Assembly: GCA_905178155.1 (NCBI GenBank)
Contig: CAJINV010000002.1
Coordinates: forward strand, 5,141,709 to 5,205,708
Length of the DNA stretch: 64,000 nt
DNA from: Amoebophrya sp. A120
Lineage: Eukaryota > Protista > Dinoflagellata
Reading direction: 5' to 3'
Each line of letters opens with the position of its first letter. The stretch's first letter is position 1. The position numbers were made by a program, and so were the translations under genes. Below, one piece after another: positions 35,158-49,054 of the stretch. Under the pieces are notes generated by a model, which did no database searches, was not told where the DNA came from, and worked only from the letters and a program-made list of their open reading frames with translations.

Positions 35158-36618
35158 ATGTCTGCGTCCGCTTCTTCCAGTGCCGGCATGGCGCAACAGA
35201 AGGAAGAGTTCGCCCATATGCTGCAGAACCTCGACGTTGGAATATCAGAGTGGAAAGTGCCCCCTCCCCATCTTCAAGTATAAATCCTCTTATGCGGACG
35301 AGTTTGCAATCCATCACAAATCAGCTCTGGCTTGCAGTCGGGGACTGCAGGCAGGTGAGGAGGGCGAGGGGTCATTTTCCCTTAGGATATGAGAAGATAA
35401 CGCCAAAATTGCTTGATTCTCTGATGGACGCCGGATCTAAGATCGGGGAACACGAGGACGCGCTGACGACATTGTCGCAGGTATGGTGTGGAAAAATGCA
35501 TTACCCACGAACCCATAAGTAGTCAAGATCGCACTTTATTTGCAGGACAAATCGAGAAGAACTGTTGGGAGTTCTACGAAGCACACCTTGACATCCGCAG
35601 TGTTATAGTCGCGTTTGGTGTGTATGTGTAGGTGTAGCGTCGTGGCCGTATGTATCAGAAAGCCACCTTCTACTTGTTCCGAAAGAGCACTCTCTACTTA
35701 GAGCAGCACGAGTTCCTGATGTTCCCAAACAACGTTTACAAAATGCCTATGTCTCAACCCCTGTACACACCAGATCTGCAGGACAACTATGTCTATGGGG
35801 TGGTACAAGGGGGGGGCGCAAAGTGTCCACGTGCTGCAATCCCTTTGGCATGACAACTCTGGGGTATGGGTATCTGTCGGTTTTTCCACCGGATAGCAGG
35901 GCGAAACCTGGCGAGACATTCACGACCTTTTTTCCACAAAGAGAGGTAATGTGGTATCATCTTGAATAAATGTGCCCCTACAATCGAGCCGCCACGAAAG
36001 CACGGGAAGTGTTTGTATTGCTGATGTTCTTACCCACTGTCCCCGGGATAGCGAAAGTCTGTGTTGCGGGCTGGCACAGTGGTAGTAGATCTATTATTGA
36101 TTCGTCAGCTTAGAAGAGCTGCAAAACAAATCCTCGCTTTCGTGCCGGCGGGGCACTCTTATTTCACCTGAATATGTGGACCTGAAGGACCCAGAAATGC
36201 TGTCGGATTTGCACCAAATCAACGCGGAGACGAAAGCCGCAAGTGATATGGTATAGGTGTAGCGCACAAGCAGCTCCTTCAGAATGAATTTGAGATTGAG
36301 TTTCTTTGTCCTTTTACTTCTGTCACTTTTTTTGCGCTTGAGCGCTCGATTCTTTTTCTTTAAAAGGAGCTGAAACGCACGGCAAAATCAATATAATCAA
36401 TGACAACTCATTCCCAGTTCCGCGATGCGTACGAGTCCGTGGCCGGGATTCTGAAAGAGCTGCATTTGACCCCAGACCAAACTGCGGATTACCTACGGGA
36501 TAGCAAAATTGCCGCGGCCGAGATCTTCGGGGAGCAAGCGAAGAGCACGGGGCACACGGTGGAAGACCAATTGCAAAACATGGAGTCCGCGACCAAGATG
36601 GTTGAGAAGTTTTTGTAG
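35158..36618 (+). CDS. hypothetical protein, many short exons
   Basis: Exon-like pieces MSASASSSAGMAQQKEEF..., ITPKLLDSLMDAG..., MYQKATFYLFRK..., FRDAYESVAGILKE...VEKFL*, several bounded by GT/AG. Confidence 0.55.
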
Positions 36619-37457
36619 GGTTTTGCCAACAATAAATAGAAATTCTGTATATAGATACGCCGAACTTAAGTTTTATGAATTTGCTGTTGTTGAGCTGTTT
36701 TTACTTTCAGTATTATTTGGAAAAATTTTGCAGGATGGTAGTGGTACTTATCAAAGCGAAAGTTGAATAGAGCTCTCTTACTTACTTTAACCTGGCGGAA
36801 GATTTTGCAACTGTGCGGAAGATTCTTGTGCCACTTGGAACTTGGGACTACAGCCTGTTTGTTGCATGGACGAACTAGAACTAGCACAATTTAGTCAGGT
36901 CGAGAAGGTAGACTGCCGGGACTTCCTTGACTCAAACAATTTCAAAGAAACTTTTGAACAGACTCCTTTTGGAGTTTCCCACGACAGCAGCTTTATAACA
37001 AAAATGTGGTCTGCGGAAAGGGATGAAGTGGAGGACAGCACGATGTGTCGGCGACAATATTGGGAAAAAAATACTACGTTTCTCCGTCACGTCCACTACA
37101 GCAGGCGGCAAGAACAGAGGGCAGTGTTAGTTTTCCTTCAAGAAACACTGTTATGCTTAACGTGTCTTGGTTTCGCGGTCGTGGCGTCTCATCGTGCAAT
37201 ATACAGGATAGTCAGTTGGTTGGAGGGACTATTTCAATCGTCACGAGAGAGGAGCTGTGTCGTTTTTCGCTTTTCTGTCCTGTCGTCGTGGAGAGTTTCT
37301 TCGTTGATATGTTGTGGCCGCGCCTGCTCGACTGATTGTTTCATCTGGTCTGTCTATACAGGAAGTATTAAAGTGCGTGATTTTCAACCTTCCTAATACC
37401 GATGAAGAGCAAGAAGAGAACGAAAATTTCTAATCATCGTTCTCGAATAAAAATAGA

Positions 37458-40400
37458 ATGGCTCCCCACCAGTCCAAGCCTGTTCCGCCGAAGAAGCCGG
37501 CGAACATTGTCCTCTTTGCGGCGGAGTGGCGGCAGATTTTAGCGACCAAGAAACTGTACCACGCGACGGTGCAAGAGCGGAGAAAGAACAGCAAAAACGT
37601 TGACGACCAAGCTCCTCGTCCCGGAACTGCCACCCCCGAGCAGCAAGACCACGATGCATCTGAGGAGACAGAAGAATCGCTCCTCTCGCTGCTCTTCCAG
37701 TCTGCGGAGGAAATTATTTCCGCGTTGTTTTACCTGGCCAAGATCTGCGTGAAGGAAGTCGGCGAAGCGGTGGTACAGATCAGCTGGTGGTTCTTCGACA
37801 AACTCCTCAACTTGCTGGAGCTACTTTGCAAATTTCGGTCGCGAGGGAGCCGCTTTCTGCATGGTGGAGCAGGAGGGAAGCAAGATCATAAAAACGCCGG
37901 AACGAAGGATGGAGCACAACTTGGCGAGGGAAACAAGATTCCGCTCTCCCAGACCGTGTTCTTGTTCTTCATCGCACTCATCGCAGGTAGTCAAAAAAAA
38001 GTTGTGCTGAAAACTAGTGCTAATGTTTCTTTCGTTGAGTTTCGCAACCAGCAACCAGCAACTACATCGCCATGCGTATAATGCTTTATTTTGACAACAT
38101 GCAATGAAGTAGACTCTGTCTACTGTAGAAGTTCTGCTACATGTTACTATTTCGATGCCTGCTCCGTCAAAGACAGCACCAGTCACCAGGAAGCGAATAA
38201 AGAATTACTTCGGTACACTACACTTCCTTTCGTCTTCCCAGGTATCCTGTACGTCGCTGCGCTGGAGTACTCCAAGATTGTTCTCGCGAACGAGGCTTTG
38301 CGAGCGGTCGTTGACGTGAAGTGGTTCAAGACGATCTTTAACATCCTGTTCTCCCTCACGGCCTACGCCTACACGAAGGGCGTCACCACGTCCCCGGGCT
38401 ACGTGTCCGATGACCCGGCTGAGTTCGCGAACTGGAAGAGCGAGTTACACGCCATCAAATTTGCGCACGAGCGAAAAAAGAAGGCGTACTCCAAGAAGGA
38501 AATGGACCGGCTGAACAAGGAATACTCGGATTATTTCGACGTGGAAAAGAACGCAGCTGCTGCAGGTGCAGACGATTCAACGAAAGATATTCTGACGGAA
38601 CAGGGCAGGACGGCGAAAATTCGGTATTGCCAGAAGGAAAGGATCTTCAAACCAGACCGCGCCCACCACTGTCGCGTGACCGGGAAGAATATTATGCGGA
38701 TGGATCACCACTGCCCCTGGATGCTGAATACGGTGGGCCTGAAGAACCAGAAGTTTTTCTACCTCTTTGTCCTGTACGCAACCGTCTCCTGCGACTACCT
38801 GTTCACGCATCTCTTGCATCTCATGCTGCAAACGAACGGCGGAACAGCGTCGGGTACTGCTGGATTTTTGTTCGATGGTTTTTCCTCCTCCTCGTCGACC
38901 CACCTCGGCTGGCTGGCGAGCTGGTTACTCGGGCTTCGGACCCCGTTCTCCGCACCGGAGCAAGTGGCTGATTTCTCTGTCGGGACAGCTACCTCGCTGC
39001 TGAGCAACATGCCGACATCGTCTTACATCATTCTGGCGCAGGGAGCGCTGCTGTCGGGGTTTTTGAGTCTGGCTTTGAATCCATTCCTCGTCGTGCACAC
39101 GTACTTCATGTGCAAAAACATGACGACGTTGGAGTTTTTCGAGCAGTACTATGTGGAGGACAAAAGTAAATCTTCTGCTAGAACTGAAGAAAACCAGAAC
39201 GCGACGCGAGAAGGAGGTTCTTCTGAGGTAGCCGAGGTCGTCGAGGGAACAAAAACCACTCCACCCGGCATCGCGATTCACGACGGAAAGGCAAAACAGC
39301 TCGACGACTTCCTGCTAACAATTTCGGATCAGGGTGATAAAACGAAGGAAACGGAGGAAAAACCAACACACCAGAGCAACACGGCTGCTTCATCTGCGGA
39401 GAATAGTGAAAAATCATCGGTGCAGAAGATAAATCCCTACGATCTCGGTATCTACGATAATATCAGCCAGGTGATGGGGACGCGCAACTTCCTCTTTTGG
39501 CTGCTACCATTTGTGGACAGTTACGAGCAAGTGGAGGAAAGCAAGGAAAAAACAGCCACAACCTCCAAAACGAGGCCACCACCAAAAGCTGGGGAAGATC
39601 GTCATGCAAGTAGACGAATAGGTTACTGGTTTCCGCGAAACGACGGGAAGGGACAGTTGGAGCAAGAGTTAGATCGCCTGGAGAAGAAGATCGCATCAAG
39701 AACTAAACCAACAGCTCGTCCAGACGGCGGCCAAAGTAGGCCTGAAGATGAAGCTGCCTCCGCTAGTGACGACGAGGACGACGACGTGGTGGAGCAGTCG
39801 GACCTGTCCCGCAGTAGTTTGTTTTTGAACGGGTCAGACTTCCTCCGCATGACGGACTATCGGAAAAACCCTCATCACACAGCAACAAACCCAGAAGGAG
39901 AAAGAGGTCAAAGCAGTCCGAGAAGACTGAACTTCGGAAACCGCAGTCACGTGCTGAAAAGGCCGATAGAATATGGCAGTAAAGATGTGAACAAAAAGAA
40001 CCACATCCAGCACAGTGGAAACAGTTTGCCGCAACCGCCGCGTCCTTTTCATTTCTACACCTCTCCGGATCCGGACGTGAGTGTGAACCGGTTTTACAAC
40101 AGAAATGCGGACGCAGAATTCGAAGAGGAGATGGACAACAGTGCAATCAACATGTCTACCGCGGCGTGGCACGATAGTGGACGTCAGAATCTTCATGACG
40201 ACGATGTTCTTCATGCGCAAGTTCATGGGCCACCAGCTGCTTCGAGAAGCAACAAAAACATCAACCAAAATAAACGGGAACGCCTACTGCTTTCCTCGTC
40301 TTCTGAAGAGATGCAGCAGCTGAATCTCTCCAAGTCGTCCTCGTTTCTGAGCCAGTCCAAAGAAGAGAAGCACGAATCGGTGAACAACTTTATCTTCACC

Positions 40401-40652
40401 AGAGATGCAGGCCGGGATATCATGCAACAGAAAAAAAGTTCGAGGAAGATGAAACGAGAACTACACAGGGAGCAACAACCGGCAGCGATTATTGCGAAAG
40501 GAGCTGGTACTGGTAGTCCCGGTAGCAAAAAGCAGGGCGTCGAAACTAAACCCAAAACCTCTTTCGGCATCTTCAAAGCGGTCGTCTCGGAGACCGTTGA
40601 TGACGTGTTTGCGGGAGCGGAATACGCCTGGGACTCGATTATGGCGTTTTAG
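37458..40652 (+). CDS. DHHC-type palmitoyl acyltransferase (zf-DHHC)
   Basis: YCQKERIFKPDRAHHCRVTGKNIMRMDHHCPWMLNTVGLKNQKFF, the NMTTLE motif, NPYDLGIYDNISQVMG, and TM helices. One GT-AG intron at ~37987-38241. Confidence 0.93.
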
Positions 40653-41769
40653 CCCTTCGGAGTAGAGAGAGCGTCCACGTGCTCTCACAATCTTTGCTGT
40701 GCTTCTGAAAGAGGAAGGGTTCTTTGCTGTGCTTCTGCAGCATTGCTTTCTTGCGTAAAAACGTAGATTTGTTTACCAACCCTACCGGGGAGGTCTCTTG
40801 CTGCCTATCAATAAGCGGTTGCATGAAAAAAGCACGGAAAAGAGATAATCCAAGATAACCTAAGTAGCGAGTGATCATCTCTTTGATTACAAGCAACCTC
40901 GCGACTGGAGCTACCTTTTGTGATTTTGTTTCAATAGTACCTGTAGAACCTTCGGACAGGATGAAGATCTGTTTATTCAGAATTAAGAGAAAAAAATACG
41001 CTGTAACAGTAACTGTACAATTTCAGAAGATGGTTCTTTCTGTCGTACCTAAAGGTTTTGTGCAAAAAAGAAAAACGCAGTAGATAAGATCGCGTTTGAA
41101 GGTTGCCGGATAACAATGATGGCAGGCTGCAGGATAGAAGGGATTTTGCCAGTGCGGACGACGCAGATCGTGAATGGGCTGTCCGATGGAGGTTCAATGT
41201 GTTGGGCAATGGAGTTTCATCTCTAGAGGATTTGTTTCTTCCCCAATCGGAGAGCTTACTACACGCACGAAGAAGTGACGAGGGCTCCTAACATTTGAAT
41301 TTAGTTTTGATCAACATATCAATCGTGATCCCAGTTCCGCATAGACGGCGAGCTTGAAGTACTACTTATGTTGAACGATCTCAACTAATAAGATCCTGTC
41401 GATGCTCAACGTTGACGCGAAATAAAGGACCTGGATCTTCTCGCGCTACTTTTTTCATCTTTTGTGGCAGAATCGCGAATAATGAAATGAGATTCTGCTT
41501 TTTGTTCGCTGATTTTGAATAAACCACGACCCTTTATTTGGCAATTTTTTCTTCTGACAGCGGCAGCAACAACCAAAGGTGGATACTACAAGTAGAGACC
41601 ACGATAGTTGATTACGATTGAAGGCGTCGTCGAGCAGATAGAAGTATCAGAATGATATTACCCCAATCTCGTCCCTTCTCCTGAGCTCGTTTATCAAGGA
41701 GGTTGTGCGCGACAAACAACTTTTCTTTTTACTACTCCATCATTTGTTTTCTTCAAAACCTTCCCGATC

Positions 41770-43232
41770 ATGAGCGACAACAAGATCTTCGTGGGCAACC
41801 TGCCCCACTTTATCAGCGACGAGAACCTGCGCACCAGGTTTAGCCAGCACGGGAACATCCGCGACTTCTACTATTGCAAGGACATCCTTGGGTCCGACCG
41901 CGGGTGGGCCACCATCACCTATATGAACAGCGACGAAGCGGCGACCGCAATCGGAGTAGAAGACGGGGTGGACGACCCGTTTCCCGGCAGCGAAAGGCCA
42001 CTACACGTGAAGTTCTTCAACACACCATTAACCAGTCGAGAGGGCACGGTGTTCGATTTGAGGCCGAAGAATCAAAAGGTAGTTGTAAGTATTAAGTAGT
42101 GCTGCATTTAGTATGTTACCACAGGAGCTTTCCTGTTGCTGCTGTTCTCGTTGCTCATTTGAATAGTGCAGTATGTAGGTAGGATTGGCATGTGTGTACT
42201 TGCGCTTGCTAAAAATGCAGTAGCGCCGTCACCCCCAGGAAATAAAACCAAAATGCTTTCGAAAAACAGAGCGCTTTATTTCCTGTTCTATGATGTGCTT
42301 CATCTCCCTTCCAATTCCAAACCTAAACCTTCCAAACCCCCAGGTCTTGACTCCCTGGACGGAAAACGAGGACGAGCACGGGACGAAATTTTACGTAAAC
42401 CTCCTCACCGAAGAGTCCTCCTGGGAGCGGCCCGCGGAGCTCGACCTTTTTGTCCAGCACCCGAACGGGGCAAATGTGATCATGGACAGCGGCGTGGGGC
42501 TGCTCGACGAGGAGAACGAGCAAGGCGCCATGAAATACCCGGACGGCCGAGTCGTCGGCGCGGAGGAGGGCGGGTTGAAAGCCCTCACCGGGAACCTAAA
42601 CCGGTCGGTGCCGAGCGCCTGCGGGTCCGGCGACCTGGGACCACCCGGGTGCAACCTGTTCATCCACGGAAACCTGTCCAACGTCACGGATACCATGGCC
42701 TACGAAGCCTTCAAGGACCACGGACAGCTCGTGGGGTGCAAGGTATCTTGTACTTTCATGGAGTTTTATTTTTTGACGTTGGTTCATGATACACAACCGA
42801 CAAATTGTGGTTGATTGCTTCTTTCAAAAAAGTTCAGGCGTGGAAAAATATATTACGGTATAGCTTGTCCGTGCACAACGAACTGCGTGATCTTCGAAAT
42901 CTGTCGACTTTTTGCCTCAGATGTTGAAATGTACGTGAGAAAAAAAGCCGGAGCGGCTCCTCGTAGCTGCCTGTACCTGTAGTTCACCCAATTTATCGAA
43001 ATAAAACTAACAGATCCACATCCCGGCCGCCAACAACGGGTTTGGTTACATATCGTACAGCGAGCCGGCCGCGTGCGTGGCCGCCATCAAGGAGCTCAAT
43101 CTGAATGACGTGTTTGGCACCGGTGCACCCCTGAAAATCATGTTGAAGAAGGGGGAGGAAACTTTCAACAAGGACGCACAGAAAGCCATCGAAGAAGGTT
43201 TGGTGGCGGGGATGAAAAAAGTCGATATTTAG
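41770..43232 (+). CDS. RNA-binding protein, RRM-WW-RRM (CELF/FCA-like architecture), 3 exons
   Basis: RRM1 KIFVGNLP...RGWATITY; WW domain PWTENEDEHGTKFYVNLLTEESSWERP; RRM2 PGCNLFIHGNL...GFGYISY. GT-AG introns at ~42079-42343 and ~42743-43013. Confidence 0.88.
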
Positions 43233-43958
43233 ATGGTGAAAGGATCTTCCTCTCAGTCGCTACGCGGACGACAGGAATTATGGCTTCTTCTTCACACCCG
43301 ATGTCACATGAAGACCGCTTTCATGATTTTTTTTCTGTCTTTGGATTGGAAATGAAGAAAGTGCCGTGTCACGAATGGCTTCCACTGCGCGTAGCAGATG
43401 ACAAGTAGTACCCTGAGAATGCTCAAGCAGTCGCGCAGCCGGCAACTGTACGCCTTCATCGCATTTTTATTGATCGCGGTCTATGTTCGCTGGCTCTACC
43501 TTTCTCGCTGTGGTTCTAGGAAACTACAGAGCGTCATGATTTGGTGTTACTGCATAGCATAACAAGTATTCGCGTTGCTTGTATCGTTGCGAAGTCGACG
43601 TCGTAATCCGCAAGTATCGTCTGAAGTATATCAACGAGGAATTCACTAAGTTTCGTCCTCGCATCGTATTTGGCAAAAACACTTGATCGGTTTAATTACG
43701 CATCGCGTGCGGAGGTCACTGACACAGTAGTCCCTCGCTAATATCGTCTCAGCACAACAAGGCAAGCAAATTCATTGACTTCGTTTCGATCGCCGTCCTC
43801 GTCGCCTGCGCTCTGTTCCTGTGTGGCGTTCTTCATTTCTGTTGTTATGGTGGACTCGAAAATTTAAGCCGAACCACGTTGCAGTATAGTGCCAATCCAC
43901 CTCTGTAAAAAGATTTTGCAGGAGTAGTTTATTGCGCTTTCATCAAAAAAAGAAGGAT

Positions 43959-46900
43959 ATGGGCGCGGCTGCAGCGGGTGGTGCTGCTGCGGAGACTGCC
44001 AACACGCCGCTTGATCAGGTGGTGCAAGCGGTTGCCTCAACCGGGAAGCTTCCAGGCGCAGGAGTGCCGCGACAGGCTCCACCGAAGCATGTTATGCGGA
44101 ATGATGCCAAGTTCGTTGGCAGTGACCCCTGGAGCCTGCTCGAGGACATCCAGCTCCACGGATCACTTTCCAAAAACTTTCACCAGCTTCCCGCCGTCGC
44201 AGCGCAGCACAGCATCGAGTGCCCCGCCGAGTACATTTCGCCCTTCAGAGCGGAAAATTTTTCGAAAAGCGAACTCCTCGATCTAACGGACGAAATCGCC
44301 CGCCGGCGAAAAAAACTCCAGCACTTGTTAGTTGACACAGCGGAGCTGCAGAAGTTGCAGAGACGGCTCCAACAGGGGATCAACTTCGAGGATAAAAAGG
44401 AAGTGGGGAAGAAGCTGGGCGATCTGATCGACGCTGCAAGCGAGGAGTCAAAAATGTTGTTCTGCGGCCTGCAAAAACAAACCAGGTTAACGAAAAAAGT
44501 CCAGGTGGAGGTTGAACAGCGTGAAGATAGTGACCGTGACGATCGTGGACGAGAGCAAGAAGGAAGCGGTGCACGTGGAGGTCGTGTACCAGCACATGAA
44601 GCTACCCTGCCACAGCCTCCGTTGTGGAAGAGGATCCAGAGAGACCTGCTCTTTCTGGCCCAGTACACCCACGGCACGAAGAACATGCTGCGATTGACGG
44701 ACAAGCTGGAACAGATGGCCGAGGTGGTGGGCCAGTTTGGCGACAGTGTCAAAGAGGGCTCCACAACGTCCGGACCACTGCCGACTGCCTTAACAAACAC
44801 GCAGTTGGAGGTTTTTCTCAATAAGGTCGCGCCCCTGACCGCGGAAGAGCGAATCCTTATCAAGAACGGGATGGGCGTGGCGTTGGAACAGAGCTCCCTG
44901 GGCTTGTACCCCGACGGACGCCCGCTGAAGAGCAAGCCGGATTTTCTTCGGCATGTCAAGAAGTCCGCCCAAAATTTGAAGGAGCTAATGCTGGTGCTGG
45001 ACGAGGCGCCGAGTGGGAGTGACAGTTTTGACGTGGAGATGCTCGGGGAGACCGACTTCCACGCGACCCCCCAGGAGGAGGCCGAAGACTGGACGGGCGA
45101 CGAAGTATACGAGCCGGCGGATTTGGCTTCCCTGGAAGAAGACGCGGTCGAAGAACTGAACTCCTACCTGAAACCGAAAGGGTCCAACATCTCCCAGGCG
45201 GACTTCACCCGAGCCGGCGTAGAGCAGCTGGACAAGGCAAAAGTCAGCACAGCGGAGACGGAAGGAAAGGAGTACAAGTTTTCCTCCTACAAGGAACTGC
45301 TGAAACCGATTTACGCGGCCATGGATGCGGGAGGAGTGGTGAATGAGAAGGACAAGACCGCGCTCGAGACGTTCACGGCCGCAAACGAGGCAGTGAAGGA
45401 GGAATTTGCCCTGGATTTCCTTAACCCCCAGGGCGCGTTGCTGGCGAAAAATGAAGCAAAGGGGTCGCTTTTCAGGTCCGCCAAGGTTTCGAAGGAAACC
45501 ACCGTGGACCTGTGGAAGCAGCAGATGCAGACCATTTTGGACCAGATCTCCGCGAAGTTTGTCCGGTATAGGAGAAATTTTTTCGAGCCCTTCGAGGAGA
45601 AACTGGTGGAAGAGCTGAAGGTGCTGCAGAACGAGCCCGACGCAGCGAAGAAACCGACGCCGCAGGTGTTCGAGCAGTGCTTCCACAACGAGTTCGCCTC
45701 TCACGAGGAGCTGCTGGCCAATATGAAAGTTTACGTATGTACTGCTGCTGCGCACCTGTTTTGCTTTGCCCTCGTCTCTTTCATCATTTGCAGTGTTGTA
45801 TTTACAGCAAGAACGCATACGCAAGGCAAGCGCCAGCAAATACGATTACGGCGCAGCTTTCGTGTCACAAATCTTCTGTTGCACACGTCGAATTGCACTT
45901 GACATAACTGTTGTGGCTTTTCGTTGAAAGCTGTCATGCACCATGTCGTGCCTGTGCCAAATGTCGTGCCAAAACGAAAGGGCATCATGGCAGGGGGAGT
46001 ATAGTAAGTAGTCAGTGCAGCTGCCCTCTCATAGCCAACCCATTGTGTCGGAGGTACGCAAACGTGATCGAGTATGGGAGTGTCAGGATTGAAATCGTCA
46101 GAGTTGAAATGATTTGTCATGCATAAAATGCGACGCAAAAAGTGACTCCATTGCAGAGGACGCAACATGGGAGGCAGATTATAGTCCTGGTAAGGGTCAA
46201 AAGTTGGACTGCTGACTAGCATGACAGAAGGCAGCTCTTTTGCCCTAAACCGCATGACAGACTCGCTCCCAGGACCGGGAAAATTTGTCATGCACCGACC
46301 ACAAACTGTAGGGCTCACTGGTATGCGTTTTATGCATGACAAACTATTTCGGTGCGGTTCGGTGCCCTTACAGGTTGTGTAGTGGTTTCGGTCGGTTTAG
46401 CATGACAAACTATTTCAACTTTGACGATTTCAAACCTGACGCTTCCATATCGAGCACGCGCGGAGTTATCTGCACCTGGTGGGGGAATTCCAAGACGCAG
46501 TGAATGCGAACTGTGCGGGGAACGGAGATCAGCAGCAGCACCCCGGGCTGCAAGCCGCGGAATGGTGTGGTGGCGGTGGCGGAGTTGGCGGATCACAAGA
46601 GCAGCAGCAGCAAAGCGGATTTAACATGATCAGTGAGTTTGCCCAAGAGGATAGTACAACCACCACGACTGGCACGCAAGGTGATGAAATAAATACGCAA
46701 GAGCAGGAAAGCGGTGCTGGGAGTGGGGTGATAAGTGGTGAAATAACAGAAGAACCACCTGAGGCACAGCAAAGCGGAACAAGTAGTACATCAACCGTGT
46801 CTACTAGCCACAATCGCGGGCCGCTGTTTCCGGTTCCGGAAGATATTGTCACCATGAACAAAGCGCCGAAGTTCTCCGCAACAGGGACCACCACCGAATC

Positions 46901-49054
46901 TGCTACCGAATCTGTAGATCCGGAAGTTTCCTTCGGGATCAAGCCGTACGCCGGGGCGAGCGTGGGGGAGAAGGCCCAGGAGGAGCTGGACAAGATTTTT
47001 GACTACTGGAATCACATCATCACGGTGTTGGAGAAGGTGAAGGCGACCGGGCTGAAACCGGTGGAGGCGAATGAACCCGCAGAGTACAAGGAATTCATCG
47101 ACGTCACAAACTTGTGCCGTGACAAATTTCACGTGAACGCGTTTCATAACACCGTTACCAAGAGCGGCATGCGAAAAGCGGTGCAAAACGACCTGCTCGA
47201 GCTGGCGAACGGGAAAGAAGTCGGCATCGGCTCTGAGGCGGAAAATCAAAATAAAGCGCCGTCGTTTCGGGGGGACATTGCCAGTTACTTTCACCGTTTT
47301 TTCAAGCCCTACGGGGATGCCATTGAGGCGGAGTTGGGTGATATGAAGGAAAAACTGAACCCGTCCGAGGAGGAGGTGCAGGAGTGCGTGCTATCGAAAG
47401 GAAAAATATCCCCTCCCCATATCACTTCGGAATTTCTGATGCTGGATCGATTTGTGTACACAAATCAGGTTTGTATTGCAGAGAGAAATTGCGGCCAGAT
47501 CCCCAGGCTGGGTAGGGGCGTATGGGCCTAGTTGTTCAGCACGGCAAACGGCTCACCTTTAGGCCCAACAGCGTGACAAATCGCTTCCATAATGGGGCGG
47601 AAGCTTCTGCCCTTGTCTTCTTGCAAGACAAATGCGATTCGTGACCTCAAAGCAGCAGCGCAGACTTTCGGAAACATACCTTTTCGACATGGGGAGGGGG
47701 GGCGTTTCCTTTTGATACGTGCACAACCCGTATCTCTCCGATTCGGAGCTGCAAGTGTCGAAAAAGTGCAGGAAGTTTGCGAAGACGATTTCGCACGCGC
47801 GCGAGTACCTGCAGCTGTACGAGAAGTTTGAAAAAAAGTTGGAGGAGAACTGCACGACGTGCAAGAACGGCAGCAAAAGCCTGAACCAAAACTGCGAAAC
47901 GAAGAACTACATTCGACGAAAGGAATTCGAGCTGTGCGATCAAACGCCGTTCTACGAGGGCGGAAATAAAGCGCCCGTCCCGCCAAAGGAAGAGGTCAAT
48001 CTGCTGGCGAAGACGAAGGCGAAGGTTTTCGCGTTGTATCCGGAAATGGAGGTTTACAAGGCAAAACCGATCGACCAGACGAATCAGAAACTGGACCTCG
48101 ACGCGCTGTACCTGCAAATCGAGCAGAACGTGAACAACATGCAAGCGAGCGAATCGCTCTTGTCGAAACAGGTGCAGGACGTGACCAAGGCATGGCTGGA
48201 GAAGTACGCAAATGGCAAGGACTACCTCGAGGAGGGGTTCAAGGGGAAAGTTTCGCTGGCCTACCTCGACGAGATGCAGCGGCAGCGGGAGGTGGCGAGC
48301 AAAGGAAAGCTGGCTTATCTGAAGGACGCGGCGAAGAGTGGTGGTGGTGGTGGTGCTGACGCGAAAAATTTGAACAACTCGGCCGGCAGCATCCAGGAGC
48401 AGCGGCGGCAGGCGGTTGGCGGGGGAAAGTTTCTGGAGCACTGCCACATGTGGAAGAAGTCCATGGTCTTCCTCCGGAAGCTGATGACCGAAAAGCTCAC
48501 GAACGTGTACAACGATAAGAGCACCTGGGACAGCCAGAAGCACTGCTACACCACGCGGCAGAGCTCGGAGTTGTTGTCCGACGAGCAGCTGCCGCTGGAC
48601 GCGCTGTGCAAGCAAAATGCGGAGTTCATCGTGAACGCGCGGAATTATTTGCGCATCGTAGATACCATGAAGGAGAAATTTGCGAAGGCCGCCAAGGTGC
48701 AGCTGATCGACTTGGCGAAGCCGGAAAACGCCGAGCTGAACTACGACGTATCCTCTACAAAACTATCGTACTCGTAGTAATCGCAGCCATGCAAGACAAA
48801 TTTCTTTTTCAAGCTAAATCAGCAAGACAAACTCCATCTGTCATGCTGAGATAATTTGTATTGCAATACTACGAGTACGATACTTTTGCAGTTCATACGA
48901 CGACGTCGAGATCGATCTGGTGCCCCAAGTCTTCAAAAAGACCGGCATGACCGACGGATTTCTCGGCGATTTTGAACTGGCGATGTCGAAAAAGAACCCC
49001 ATTTTGGAGGAGCAGCTGGCGGAAAAGGACGAGATTTTGGCGCAAAAGCTATGA
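43959..49054 (+). CDS. large helical-repeat protein of unknown family, paralog 1 (N-terminal MG, possible myristoylation)
   Basis: ORFs 43932-45902, 46479-47531 and 47719-48777 plus the last exon join in frame after removing one DR-bounded intron and three introners. Repeated motif (H/N/S)AR(S/E/N)YL. Confidence 0.8.
46073..46449. mobile_element. introner with ~50-bp imperfect TIRs (TATGGGAGTGTCAGG.../...CCTGACGCTTCCATA), DR TCGAG
   Basis: Removal restores YANVIEHARSYLHLV, matching the protein's internal repeat. Confidence 0.85.
47392..47717. mobile_element. introner with TATC(G/A)AAAGGAAA...CCCCTCCCCAT TIRs, DR CGTGC
   Basis: Removal joins ...VQECV to HNPYLSD... in frame. Confidence 0.88.
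48749..48897. mobile_element. short introner (inner TIR core TATCGTACTCGTAGTA), DR CGACG
   Basis: Removal gives NYDDVEIDLVPQ...QKL*. Confidence 0.8.
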
